Source: an uncultured Elusimicrobiaceae bacterium (GTDB lineage Bacteria; RUG730). From it: a stretch of DNA of 32,389 nucleotides. Shown here piece by piece: positions 8,042 through 16,616 of this stretch. A program made the position numbers and the translations under genes. The notes under the pieces are model-generated. The model was not told the origin of the DNA. It saw nothing but the letters and a program-made list of their open reading frames with translations, and did no database searches. Positions within the stretch are counted from its first letter, which is position 1; the number at the start of each line of letters is the position of its first letter. Location: contig CAYQVV010000003.1 of assembly GCA_964421155.1 (NCBI GenBank), forward strand, positions 1-32,389. The letters run 5' to 3'.

Positions 8042-10756
8042 ATGATATTATTTTTATTTATATTTTTTATTTTTAATATATTTTTGCTTGCATTAGTAAT
8101 TTTAAAAGTTAAAAAACAAAATTTTTTTAAACAATATTTTGTTAGTTTTATGGTATTTTTTTGTAGTTTAATTTCTCTTTATATTTTATTTTTATCTACA
8201 AAAAATAAAATATTTTTAGATTTATCATATTTTGGTAGTATATTTTTTTACAATAGCTATTTATCTTTAATAATTTCTTTTACTTATCAAAAAAAAATTA
8301 AAAAAGAGTTTCTTTTAAGTTCATACTTTTTTTCTTTTATTATAGGAATTATAATTCTTTATTTTAAAATAATCTTAAATAATTCAGCTATAATTTGGCT
8401 TTATTTTTTTTGGATTTGGGTAGTTTTTGGATTAAATTTTTATATTTTTTATAAACTCTCAATGAAAAAAAATTTAAAATATTTTTCTTTTAAAAAAAAT
8501 TCAAATTTATATACTGCAAGTATTATATTTATTTTTTTTCCTACAATTTTAAAATTATTATTTTTTAATAGTTTTAAATGTTTATTTATATATGTTTTTT
8601 CCATTACAATTTTTATATTATATATATTTTTTTTAATTTTATTTAATAACCTTACAGAAATAGATTTTAATTGGCGAGTTTTTTTTATGAATCTATTTTA
8701 TTATTTTATATTTTTTATTTATGTTTTTTTGATTTCGTATTTTTTTAGAAATAACTATGTTTTTTTGATTTTTAGTGAAATTTTTGGTTTATTAATTTTT
8801 TTTATATTTTTTAATAAACCCTTGATATTTTCATTGAAAAAAATTTTTTTAAAAAAATATTTGAATATTATAAAAAATTTATTTGAAATAAGAAAAAAAA
8901 TTTTAAAAAATAAAAATATGGACTTGAAAGATGTTTTAGATATACTTCTTTTAGATTTAAGAACAGCTTTGAGTTTGAAAGAAGTTTCTTATTATAATCT
9001 AGATATAGAAAAAAATAAATATATTCTTTTCGCTTCAAGCTATTGTGAAAATATTGATATAAAAGAAAAAGAGTTTCTGGAAAATTCAGTTTTAATAAAA
9101 GAATTATTAAAGACAAAAAAATATATTTATAAGCAAAAGATTTTGTTCCAATCTGAAGAGTTAAAATCATCTATACTTTTAATTAATTTTTTTAAAAATA
9201 ATGATTGTGAGTTAGTTTTCCCTATTTTTTTTAATGACAAGTTGTTAGGTATTCTGACTTTTTCAGGGAAAATAAATGGTAGACTTTTTTATAACTATGA
9301 GATTTTTTGTATTTCTAAAGTTTTAGATACTCTTAATGAAAAAATTTATAATAATTTTTTAATAACATATAATAATTTTAAATATTATAATACATCACAA
9401 AATGATTTTTTGACTAGTATTAAACATATAAATATTTATCAAAATTTTAGAGATTTTGTTAGACAATTAATTTCTTTGATTAATAGATGGTTTGGAACAG
9501 AAAATACAGTTATTTATTTATATGATAAAAAACACAAGAATTATAAAAAATTTTATGAGATAAAAGATAGTAAATATCCAGAAAAATTTCAAAAATCGGA
9601 TTTTTTGATAAATTATTTAAGTTTGAAAAATGAAATAATTTTTTTTAGAAATATTAATCTAGATATAGATAATGAATCTTTTATAGATTTTTATAATTTT
9701 TTAAAAGATTCAAATATAGATATTATTATTCCTATTTTTGATACTTATTTAATAGGTTTTATTTTTATAAACAAAAAGATTTATAATAATTCTTTTGTTA
9801 ATGAAGATCCTTTTTTATTTTTGTTTTTGCGAGATAAAATAGAAATGCTTATGAATAATGCTATAATTTGGAAAAAAACAGAAGAGGACAAAAAAGTTTA
9901 TCTAAAAAACAATATATATTTAGAAAATATTTTTAAAAAAGAAATAAAACAAATAATAGCTACTAATCAAATTTTATCATATTTTTTGATTGAAATTAAA
10001 GAATTACAATGGTTTTTATCAGAGTATGGATTTAGGGTAAAAGATGAAGTATTAGATATTGTTTTAAATACTATTCAAGATGTTATAAGACCTGTTGATA
10101 AAATATTGAGATATTCAAAAAAGAAATTGATATTGATTTTAAATATAAAAAATATAGATGATATTTCTATAATTGCATATAAGATTTTATCTGCAATAAA
10201 AACATCTCCTGGAGTTTTAGAATTAGCTAAAAAATATAATAAAGATATTACTTTACATATAGGCATAAGCAGTTTTTACTCTACAAATATAAATTATGAT
10301 AAAATAGATGATATTCATGATATTTTATTACTTAGATCAAGAAAAGCAATGAGATATTTAAAAAATTATGAAGATAGACAAATTTATATTACAACTATTC
10401 TAGATAGTTTTGATTGCAATTATAAAACATTATTGCCTTTAGATGTATTGTTTATAACAAAAAATGATTATTATAAAAAAAATAAATTTTCAAATATAGA
10501 GTTTTCTTTTAGTGATTCATTTTGTGAATCTACTAAAAACTGTCAAGATAGGGATGTTATTGTCATTGATTTTATGGAAGACAATGATGAAAGAAAACTT
10601 TATGATTATATAAGGCAAATAAAATTAAAAAATAGAGATATAAAAATTTTGGTTATAAGTGAAAATGATTCTTTAAAGAAAAAATTTGAAACTAAAAATA
10701 TTAAATTTTGTAAAAGAGAATTATCAGAGCAAGATTTTAAAAATTTTGCTATTTAA
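8042..10756 (+). CDS. multi-pass membrane signalling protein with GAF-like middle region, catalytically dead GGDEF domain (I-site retained) and receiver-like C-terminus
   Basis: 904 aa. The N-terminal ~270 aa are hydrophobic TM helices. The segment SYFLIEIKELQWFLSEYGFRVKDEVLDIVLNTIQDVIRPVDKILRYSKKKLILIL aligns residue-for-residue with the GGDEF core of PleD-type cyclases, with RxxD kept and GGEEF replaced by SKKKL. The C-terminal DVIVIDFMEDND...IKILVISEND looks like a receiver domain. Confidence 0.5.
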   Translation: MILFLFIFFIFNIFLLALVILKVKKQNFFKQYFVSFMVFFCSLISLYILFLSTKNKIFLDLSYFGSIFFYNSYLSLIISFTYQKKIKKEFLLSSYFFSFIIGIIILYFKIILNNSAIIWLYFFWIWVVFGLNFYIFYKLSMKKNLKYFSFKKNSNLYTASIIFIFFPTILKLLFFNSFKCLFIYVFSITIFILYIFFLILFNNLTEIDFNWRVFFMNLFYYFIFFIYVFLISYFFRNNYVFLIFSEIFGLLIFFIFFNKPLIFSLKKIFLKKYLNIIKNLFEIRKKILKNKNMDLKDVLDILLLDLRTALSLKEVSYYNLDIEKNKYILFASSYCENIDIKEKEFLENSVLIKELLKTKKYIYKQKILFQSEELKSSILLINFFKNNDCELVFPIFFNDKLLGILTFSGKINGRLFYNYEIFCISKVLDTLNEKIYNNFLITYNNFKYYNTSQNDFLTSIKHINIYQNFRDFVRQLISLINRWFGTENTVIYLYDKKHKNYKKFYEIKDSKYPEKFQKSDFLINYLSLKNEIIFFRNINLDIDNESFIDFYNFLKDSNIDIIIPIFDTYLIGFIFINKKIYNNSFVNEDPFLFLFLRDKIEMLMNNAIIWKKTEEDKKVYLKNNIYLENIFKKEIKQIIATNQILSYFLIEIKELQWFLSEYGFRVKDEVLDIVLNTIQDVIRPVDKILRYSKKKLILILNIKNIDDISIIAYKILSAIKTSPGVLELAKKYNKDITLHIGISSFYSTNINYDKIDDIHDILLLRSRKAMRYLKNYEDRQIYITTILDSFDCNYKTLLPLDVLFITKNDYYKKNKFSNIEFSFSDSFCESTKNCQDRDVIVIDFMEDNDERKLYDYIRQIKLKNRDIKILVISENDSLKKKFETKNIKFCKRELSEQDFKNFAI

Positions 10757-10773
10757 ATTTCAATAAATTATCT

Positions 10774-10839
10774 AAATAAATCAAAAATAAATCAAAAAAA
10801 TTAACAAAAAATTAACAAAAAATTTATTTTAAATTGATA
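10774..10839 (+). promoter_or_regulatory. six helically phased 11-bp direct repeats (AAATAAATCAA x2, AAAAATTAACA x2, AAAAATTTATT, TTAAATTGATA); Pho-box-like array
   Basis: Read directly from the sequence. Hexamer cores TTAACA (10801-10806, 10812-10817), TTTATT (10823-10828) and TTGATA (10834-10839) recur every 11 bp. A TATACT -10-like hexamer at 10849-10854 lies 9 bp downstream of the last core. The array is immediately upstream of the porin-pstS unit. Confidence 0.45.
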
Positions 10840-10921
10840 AACTTTTTTTATACTTAGTTTAAATTGGTAATGTTAGAGCTCAATGTTATCAATTTAATTT
10901 AAAATTAAAAGAGGATATTTA

Positions 10922-12097
10922 ATGAGAAAGATATTTTTTATTTTTCAATTTATTATTATTTTTTTGAGTATGGCATTTTTGAATGCAAAAGGATTGGATA
11001 ATGTAGATTTGCTTTTGAACAAATTGATTAGTAAGGGTATTATTACAGAAAATGAAAAGAAAGAAATAATGAGTGATTCAGAAAAGAAAAAAGCTTTTAT
11101 TAAGTTTTATGGAGATTATAGATTAAGATATCAAACAGAAGAAAAAAAAGATAGTAATGGTAAAATTTATTACAGAGATAGAACAAGGATGAGATTTAGA
11201 TTAAAGGGTGATGCAAATGTTTCAGATAATTTAATGATAAAATTTGGGATAGCTACTGGAGGTCAAGATCCAAGATCTACAAACCAAACTTTGGAAAATG
11301 GTTTTGAACCAAAAAATATTTATTTAGATTATGCTTATGCACAATATACATGCCCAATATTTGGAAATGTATATGCAGGAAAATTTGAAAATAAAAATAT
11401 TATTTGGACTCCATCAGATTTGATGTGGGATGGAGATATTAATTTAGAAGGTTTTGGCATTAGTAAAGATCTAAAATTAGGAAACTCTAACATTACATTT
11501 AACAGTGGATATTTATTTTTAGATGAGCTGAATGGAAGAGACAATATTTCTATGTTTGTTTTTCAACCAGTAGTAACTTTGAAAATATCAGAGAATGCAG
11601 ATTTTAAATTGGCGCCATCTATGTATTATTTTAGTAAATTGAAAGGAAATTCTTTGCCTTATTCTGTATTATCTAATACAAATTCAGGAAATTTGAAATA
11701 TGATTATAATTGTTATTCAGTTGGAACAGAAATAAATTTCTATGATATTTTACTTCCAAAAATTGGATTTTTTGCTGAGGGTGTAATAAATCCAGATCCA
11801 GATGATGCAAATAAAGGATTTTTAGGTGGGGTACAAGTTGGATCTAAAAAAATAAAAGAATTTGGAGATTGGGAAATTAAAGCTATGTATAGAGAACTTC
11901 AAAAAGATGCATGGTTAGATATTTTTCCAGATTCAGATACTTTAGGTGGAAAAACAGATAACCAAGGAATGGAAATGATTTTAAATTTAGGATTAACAAA
12001 TAATGTATCTCTAGGTGTGGATTATTATTCTATTGGGAATATAGGTAAAGACAATAAAAAAGATCTAGTTCAAGCAGATATTAATATTAAATTTTAA
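10922..12097 (+). CDS. outer-membrane porin, probably phosphate-selective porin O/P-like
   Basis: 391 aa with an N-terminal signal peptide (FLSMAFLNA/KG). It shows an alternating amphipathic beta-strand pattern with frequent aromatic and Gly residues, and ends in a C-terminal Phe (INIKF) typical of OMP beta-barrels. It sits directly upstream of pstS. Confidence 0.6.
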   Translation: MRKIFFIFQFIIIFLSMAFLNAKGLDNVDLLLNKLISKGIITENEKKEIMSDSEKKKAFIKFYGDYRLRYQTEEKKDSNGKIYYRDRTRMRFRLKGDANVSDNLMIKFGIATGGQDPRSTNQTLENGFEPKNIYLDYAYAQYTCPIFGNVYAGKFENKNIIWTPSDLMWDGDINLEGFGISKDLKLGNSNITFNSGYLFLDELNGRDNISMFVFQPVVTLKISENADFKLAPSMYYFSKLKGNSLPYSVLSNTNSGNLKYDYNCYSVGTEINFYDILLPKIGFFAEGVINPDPDDANKGFLGGVQVGSKKIKEFGDWEIKAMYRELQKDAWLDIFPDSDTLGGKTDNQGMEMILNLGLTNNVSLGVDYYSIGNIGKDNKKDLVQADINIKF

Positions 12098-12117
12098 AAT
12101 AGGAGAAATTTTATAAA

Positions 12118-12930
12118 ATGAGTATAAAAAAAATTGTTTCAAGTTTATTGATTGCATTATGTGGAATCAACTTATTATTAGCTTATGATGAAGTAACAAT
12201 GGTTGGATCAACAACAGTTCTTCCAATAGCTCAAGCTACATCAGAAAAATTTATGGATTTAAATAAAGATACAGATATTTCTGTAAGAGGTGGAGGGTCT
12301 GGAGTAGGAGTATCAGCACTTATAGAAGGAAGATGTGATATTGCTAATTGTTCCAGAGAAATGAAACCTTCTGAAATAGAAAAAGCAAAAAGTAAGGGAG
12401 TTAGCCCAAAAGCTAATATTATTGCAATGGATGGAATTGCTGTTATCATTAACAAAAATAATTCTATTAAAAATTTATCTATAGAACAATTGAGAGGAAT
12501 TTATACAGGACAAATTACAAATTGGAAAAATTTAGGTGGAAAAGATCAAAAAATAGTTGTTATTTCAAGAGATACAGCTAGTGGAACATATGAAGCGTTT
12601 GGACATTTAGTTTTAGGAGATTTAAAAGTAGCACCTTTCGCATTGTTAGAAGCATCAAATAAAGGAGTATTCTCTATAATAGAAAAAACTCCTGGTGCTA
12701 TTGGATATGTGGGTGTTGCTTATGCAAAAGGGAATGTAAAAGTAATAACAGTTAATAATATTAAATGTTCAAAAGAAAATATTTTAAGTTCTAAATATCC
12801 TTTGTCTAGAGCTTTATTTATGTATACAAATGGAGCTCCTAAAGGATCTGTTAAAAAATATATAGATTTTGTTTTAAGTCCAGCAGGACAAAAAATAGTT
12901 GAAGAAGTTGGATATATTGGATTAAAGTAA
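12118..12930 (+). CDS. pstS: phosphate ABC transporter substrate-binding protein
   Basis: 270 aa with a signal peptide. Motifs GSTTV.P, VRGGGSG.G, SR..K..E, ISRD..SGT and IGYVG are typical of PstS/PBP-like 2. Confidence 0.92.
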   Translation: MSIKKIVSSLLIALCGINLLLAYDEVTMVGSTTVLPIAQATSEKFMDLNKDTDISVRGGGSGVGVSALIEGRCDIANCSREMKPSEIEKAKSKGVSPKANIIAMDGIAVIINKNNSIKNLSIEQLRGIYTGQITNWKNLGGKDQKIVVISRDTASGTYEAFGHLVLGDLKVAPFALLEASNKGVFSIIEKTPGAIGYVGVAYAKGNVKVITVNNIKCSKENILSSKYPLSRALFMYTNGAPKGSVKKYIDFVLSPAGQKIVEEVGYIGLK

Positions 12931-12938
12931 ATTTTGAG

Positions 12939-12978
12939 TGACGAGGATTCTATAATCCTCGTCAATTTGTTTGTTTTT
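12939..12978 (+). terminator. rho-independent terminator/attenuator after pstS
   Basis: There is a perfect 11-bp stem, TGACGAGGATT (12939-12949) / AATCCTCGTCA (12954-12964), with a 4-nt loop. It is followed by the T-rich tail ATTTGTTTGTTTTT. Confidence 0.75.
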
Positions 12979-13004
12979 AATTATTTTTTTGATTAGAAAG
13001 AAAC

Positions 13005-13196
13005 AAATTTATTGTTTTGACTAGAAATTAGTTTTTTTAAAAGAGCGACTTACAAAAATATAAGGTGTGAAAGATACATAGAAAGATTTCAGTCATTGCG
13101 AGAGAGCATAGCGAACGAAGCAATCCAGAAAGTTATTTTTATTAAAAAAAGATTTTTTTTAACTGGATTGCTTTGCTAAAGCTCGCAATGACGAGA
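13005..13196. repeat. palindromic (MITE/REP-like) repeat element, copy A
   Basis: It is a direct repeat of 15800-15966, sharing AAATTAGTTTTTTT..GAGCGACTTACA.AAATATAA.GTG...CATTGCGAGAGAGCATAGCGAACGAAGCAATC. The internal inverted repeat is 13092-13128 vs 13163-13192. Two perfect 11-bp helices (GTCATTGCGAG and AAGCAATCCAG) surround an AT-rich loop. The left-end motif AAATTTATTGTTTTGACTA recurs at 16789-16807. Confidence 0.8.
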
Positions 13197-13270
13197 GATG
13201 AGGTAAGTGAAAAATAACGAATAAACTATTCGTTATAAAATTGTAACAATAAAGATTAAAGGAAAATATT

Positions 13271-14164
13271 ATGAAGAAATTTGTTTACATTAAAGAAGAA
13301 ATTTATAAATATTTTTTAATTATATTTAGTTTTACTTCTTTAATTTGTCTTGTTGGAATAATGATTGTGTTGTTTAAAGAAAGTTTTCCTGCATTTAAAC
13401 ATTTTACTTTTAGTAATTTATTTTTAAATAAATTTTGGTATCCTACTTCAGAGCCTCCAGAATTTGGATTGCTTTCTTTGATTATAGGCTCTCTTTCTGT
13501 TACTTTTGTGGCTTTTTTAGTAGCCGTGCCTTTAGGTCTTGGATCAGCATTATATATATATGAAATAGCCCCAAATTGGCAAAAAAAATTTTTAAAATTT
13601 GTAATAGAAATATTAGCAAGTATTCCGTCAGTTGTTTATGGATTATTTGGAATAGTAGTTATGTCACCATTTTTACAAAAAATTTTTTATATGCCTACAG
13701 GGCTTTGTCTATTGACAGCTGGTATAATTTTGGGAATAATGTCTACTCCTACAGTCTGTAGTATTTCAGAAGATGCTTTGGCTAGTGTTCCAAAAAGTTT
13801 AAGAGAAGGATCTTTAGCATTAGGAGCTACTCGTTGGCAAACATTGACTAGAATAATTTTTCCGGCAGCAGGGTCTGGTATTTCTACAGCTATAATTTTA
13901 GGAATTAGTAGAGCAATTGGTGAAACTATGACTGTTTTAATGGTTGCTGGTGGAGCAGCAATGATTCCAACATCATTATTTCAGCCTGTTAGAACTATGA
14001 CTGGGACAATAGCTGCAGAAATGGGAGAGGCAGTTTATAAAAGTGATCATTATTATGTGCTTTTTGTTATCGGATTAGTATTGTTTATATTTACATTTTT
14101 ATTTAATATTACAGCTGAATTGATAAGTAGGAAATATAGATTAAAATTGGGGCAGGGAAGATGA
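13271..14164 (+). CDS. pstC: phosphate ABC transporter permease PstC
   Basis: 297 aa, multi-TM, with the EAA-type loop SLREGSLALGATRWQT and the RAIGETM motif. An AAGGA RBS is present. Confidence 0.93.
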   Translation: MKKFVYIKEEIYKYFLIIFSFTSLICLVGIMIVLFKESFPAFKHFTFSNLFLNKFWYPTSEPPEFGLLSLIIGSLSVTFVAFLVAVPLGLGSALYIYEIAPNWQKKFLKFVIEILASIPSVVYGLFGIVVMSPFLQKIFYMPTGLCLLTAGIILGIMSTPTVCSISEDALASVPKSLREGSLALGATRWQTLTRIIFPAAGSGISTAIILGISRAIGETMTVLMVAGGAAMIPTSLFQPVRTMTGTIAAEMGEAVYKSDHYYVLFVIGLVLFIFTFLFNITAELISRKYRLKLGQGR

Positions 14165-15012
14165 AAATAAAAAATTTAGAAGAAAAATTTTGGTTCGGGT
14201 TGTTAGGAATTCTTATATTTATAACTTTGTTATTTTTAGGTGTAATTATTTATTTTATTTTTAGTAAAGGTTTTTCTGTTTTATCTTGGAGTTTTATTAC
14301 AGAAGTCCCTAGAAGAGCTATGACTCAAGGTGGAGTTGCTCCTGCAATAGTCGGTTCATTTTTTTTGACTTTTGGTTCTATTTTGATTGCTTTGCCTTTG
14401 GGGGTTGCATGTGCTGTATATTTGACAGAATATGCTACAAAAAAATTTTTTTTAGTTGATATAATAAGACTTGGAGTTAATAATCTAGCTGGAGTCCCAT
14501 CAGTTGTTTTTGGATTATTTGGTTTGGCTATTTTTGTAAAATTTTTTGGATTTGGAATTTCAATATTATCTGGAAGTTTGACTTTAGCTATTATGATTTT
14601 GCCTAGCATAATATCTACCTCAACAGAAGCTCTAAATTCTGTTCCTTATTCTTTAAAAGAAGCTTCTTTAGCTTTGGGTGCAACAAAATGGCAAACAATA
14701 AGAAAAATAGTTTTACCTAATGCTATGAACGGTATTTTAACAGGAGTTATTTTAGGAATCGGTAGAGTAGCAGGAGAAACAGCTCCTATACTTTTTACTG
14801 CTGTAACTTTTTATAGAAGAGGATATCCTAATTCTGCATTTTCAGAAGTAATGGCTTTGCCGTATCATATATATGCTTTGATGACAGAAGGCACTTATCC
14901 AGAAGAACAGACTGCAATAGCATATGGTTGTGCATTGATATTATTGATAATGGTTTTGGGAATGTCTTCAATTGCTATTTTTTTAAGAAGTAGGAATAAT
15001 AGGAATTTTTAA
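14161..15012 (+). CDS. pstA: phosphate ABC transporter permease PstA
   Basis: 283 aa. The ATGA start/stop overlaps pstC. It has the [16 protein letters not shown] loop and the GRVAGETAP motif. Confidence 0.93.
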   Translation: MKIKNLEEKFWFGLLGILIFITLLFLGVIIYFIFSKGFSVLSWSFITEVPRRAMTQGGVAPAIVGSFFLTFGSILIALPLGVACAVYLTEYATKKFFLVDIIRLGVNNLAGVPSVVFGLFGLAIFVKFFGFGISILSGSLTLAIMILPSIISTSTEALNSVPYSLKEASLALGATKWQTIRKIVLPNAMNGILTGVILGIGRVAGETAPILFTAVTFYRRGYPNSAFSEVMALPYHIYALMTEGTYPEEQTAIAYGCALILLIMVLGMSSIAIFLRSRNNRNF

Positions 15013-15026
15013 TAAAGGAGAATATC

Positions 15027-15788
15027 TTGGATAATAATGTAAGAATTAAAGCAGAAAATGTAAGTTTTTTTTATGGAGAAAAACAGATTTTAAATAATAT
15101 TAGTTTAGATATTTACAATAATAAAGTAACTTCAATAATAGGTCCTTCAGGTTGTGGAAAATCTACATTTTTGAGACTTTTTAATAGGATGAATGATTTA
15201 ACTTTGGATAGTCATTTAGAAGGTAAAATACTTTTGGATAATGAAGATATTAATTCTAAAAATGTAGATGTTGTGGATATTAGACGAAGAGTTGGAATGG
15301 TTTTTCAAAAGCCGAATCCTTTTCCAAAAAGTATTTATGAAAATATAAGTTATGGCTTGAAAATAAATGGAATAAAAGATAAAAATATTATTGATGAAAA
15401 AGTTGTTACATCTTTAAAGCAAGTAGCTCTTTGGAATGAAATTCAAGATAGATTATTTGATAGTGCATTAGCTCTTTCAGGAGGACAACAACAAAGGTTG
15501 TGTATAGCTAGATGTTTGGCTGTTAGTCCAGAAGTTATTTTATTTGATGAACCTTGTGCAAGTTTGGATCCTATTTCAACAAAAAAAATAGAAGAATTAA
15601 TAGAAGAATTAAAAGAAAATTATACTATTGTAATAGTCACTCATAATATGCAACAGGCATCCAGAGTTTCTGATTATACCGCTTTTTTTTATTTAGGACA
15701 TCTGGTAGAGTATAATAAAACTGGAAAAATATTTACAGTGCCTAAAGATAAAAGAACTGAAGATTATATTACTGGGAAATTTGGTTGA
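15027..15788 (+). CDS. pstB: phosphate ABC transporter ATP-binding protein
   Basis: 253 aa. It has Walker [10 protein letters not shown], the signature [13 protein letters not shown], Walker B ILFDEP and the H-loop VTHNM. The start is TTG, with AAGGAG 6 nt upstream. Confidence 0.95.
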   Translation: MDNNVRIKAENVSFFYGEKQILNNISLDIYNNKVTSIIGPSGCGKSTFLRLFNRMNDLTLDSHLEGKILLDNEDINSKNVDVVDIRRRVGMVFQKPNPFPKSIYENISYGLKINGIKDKNIIDEKVVTSLKQVALWNEIQDRLFDSALALSGGQQQRLCIARCLAVSPEVILFDEPCASLDPISTKKIEELIEELKENYTIVIVTHNMQQASRVSDYTAFFYLGHLVEYNKTGKIFTVPKDKRTEDYITGKFG

Positions 15789-15799
15789 TATTTTTTTTA

Positions 15800-15966
15800 A
15801 AATTAGTTTTTTTTAATGAGCGACTTACAGAAATATAAAGTGCAAAATAAGAATAAAAAGATTCAGCCATTGCGAGAGAGCATAGCGAACGAAGCAATCT
15901 AGATAGTTTTTTTTATTAAAAAAGATTTTTTTATATAGATTGCTTCACTAAAGTTCGCAATGATGA
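15800..15966. repeat. palindromic (MITE/REP-like) repeat element, copy B
   Basis: It is a direct repeat of 13025-13196. The internal inverted repeat is CATTGCGAGAGAGCATAGCGAACGAAGCAATCTAG (15868-15902) vs TAGATTGCTTCACTAAAGTTCGCAATG (15936-15962). It starts right after the pstB stop codon. Confidence 0.8.
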
Positions 15967-15978
15967 TGATCTAAAAAT

Positions 15979-16040
15979 AAAATTTAATGTCATTGACAAA
16001 AACGAATTATTTGAAAAATTTTAATAGATTGCCGTAGACA
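15979..16040 (+). repeat. repeat module R1, copy a (AAATTTAAT..CATTGACA...TTGAAAA.TTTTA.A.ATTGCCGTAGACA)
   Basis: It is a near-identical direct repeat of 16555-16616, read by eye. It contains a TTGACA hexamer and an A/T-rich TAATAG/TATAAA box just before GCCGTAGACA. Confidence 0.7.
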
Positions 16041-16115
16041 AAGATATCAAAGGAAAACCCACTCAAATACCGTTGGTTTTCCTTTGTAACCTTTCCGCTG
16101 GCTTTGTGTCGGCAA
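16029..16115 (+). other. predicted nested stem-loop in the ORF-free region
   Basis: The outer helices are TTGCCG (16029-16034) / CGGCAA (16110-16115) and CAAAG (16039-16043) / CTTTG (16102-16106). They enclose a perfect 8-bp hairpin, GGAAAACC (16052-16059) / GGTTTTCC (16075-16082). Confidence 0.3.
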
Positions 16116-16554
16116 AAACTCGCACCTTAGTTAGATTTTAGTATAAAAAACCTCTTAACCATATAAAGTTAGGCGATATTATTGAAAGTTTAGTGAGGCT
16201 CACACATTAGCCGACAGACAAGGAAATAAAAAATAAATTTATATTTAAGTTTTTTTTGTCCGCCTTATAGCGGAAAAGCTGAGTAAAAATATTAAAAATC
16301 GTTTAAAAATTTCTAGGTTGTTGTTTTTTATTTTATGTTGTATTGAAATTTTAGATTTTTAATGTTTTTAATCCTATATCCGATATACAGCGGACTAGCT
16401 AATTTGCGACGACGGGGATTGACCGTCCTGTCGTCAAACCAAAAAAGGCAATGTCAAAAAAGAAAATTAAAACGGTAATTTATTGAAAGCTTTTTGAAAA
16501 CTTTAAAAGTATTAAATATTTATTTAAAAAAAAATGGCAAGTATTTTGTATAAA

Positions 16555-16616
16555 AAAATTTAATAGCCATTGACAATGAAATGATGTTTTGAAAATTTTA
16601 TAAATTGCCGTAGACA
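16555..16616 (+). repeat. repeat module R1, copy b
   Basis: Direct repeat of 15979-16040 (see that entry). Confidence 0.7.

Noticed and set aside
13092-13192. The palindromic CATTGCGAG...GCAATCC element read as a protein-coding mini-gene.
   Set aside because: The symmetry of the sequence, its position in spacers, the lack of start codon and RBS, and its duplication with compensating arm changes all point to a nucleic-acid-level element.
16362-16478. A short ORF (about 38 codons, MFLILYPIYSGLANLRRRGLTVLSS...) inside the pstB-phoU spacer. There are also tiny ORFs such as MSKKKIKTVIY (from 16451).
   Set aside because: They have no RBS and no recognisable motif, and they run straight through a hairpin-forming segment. 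They cannot be told apart from chance ORFs.
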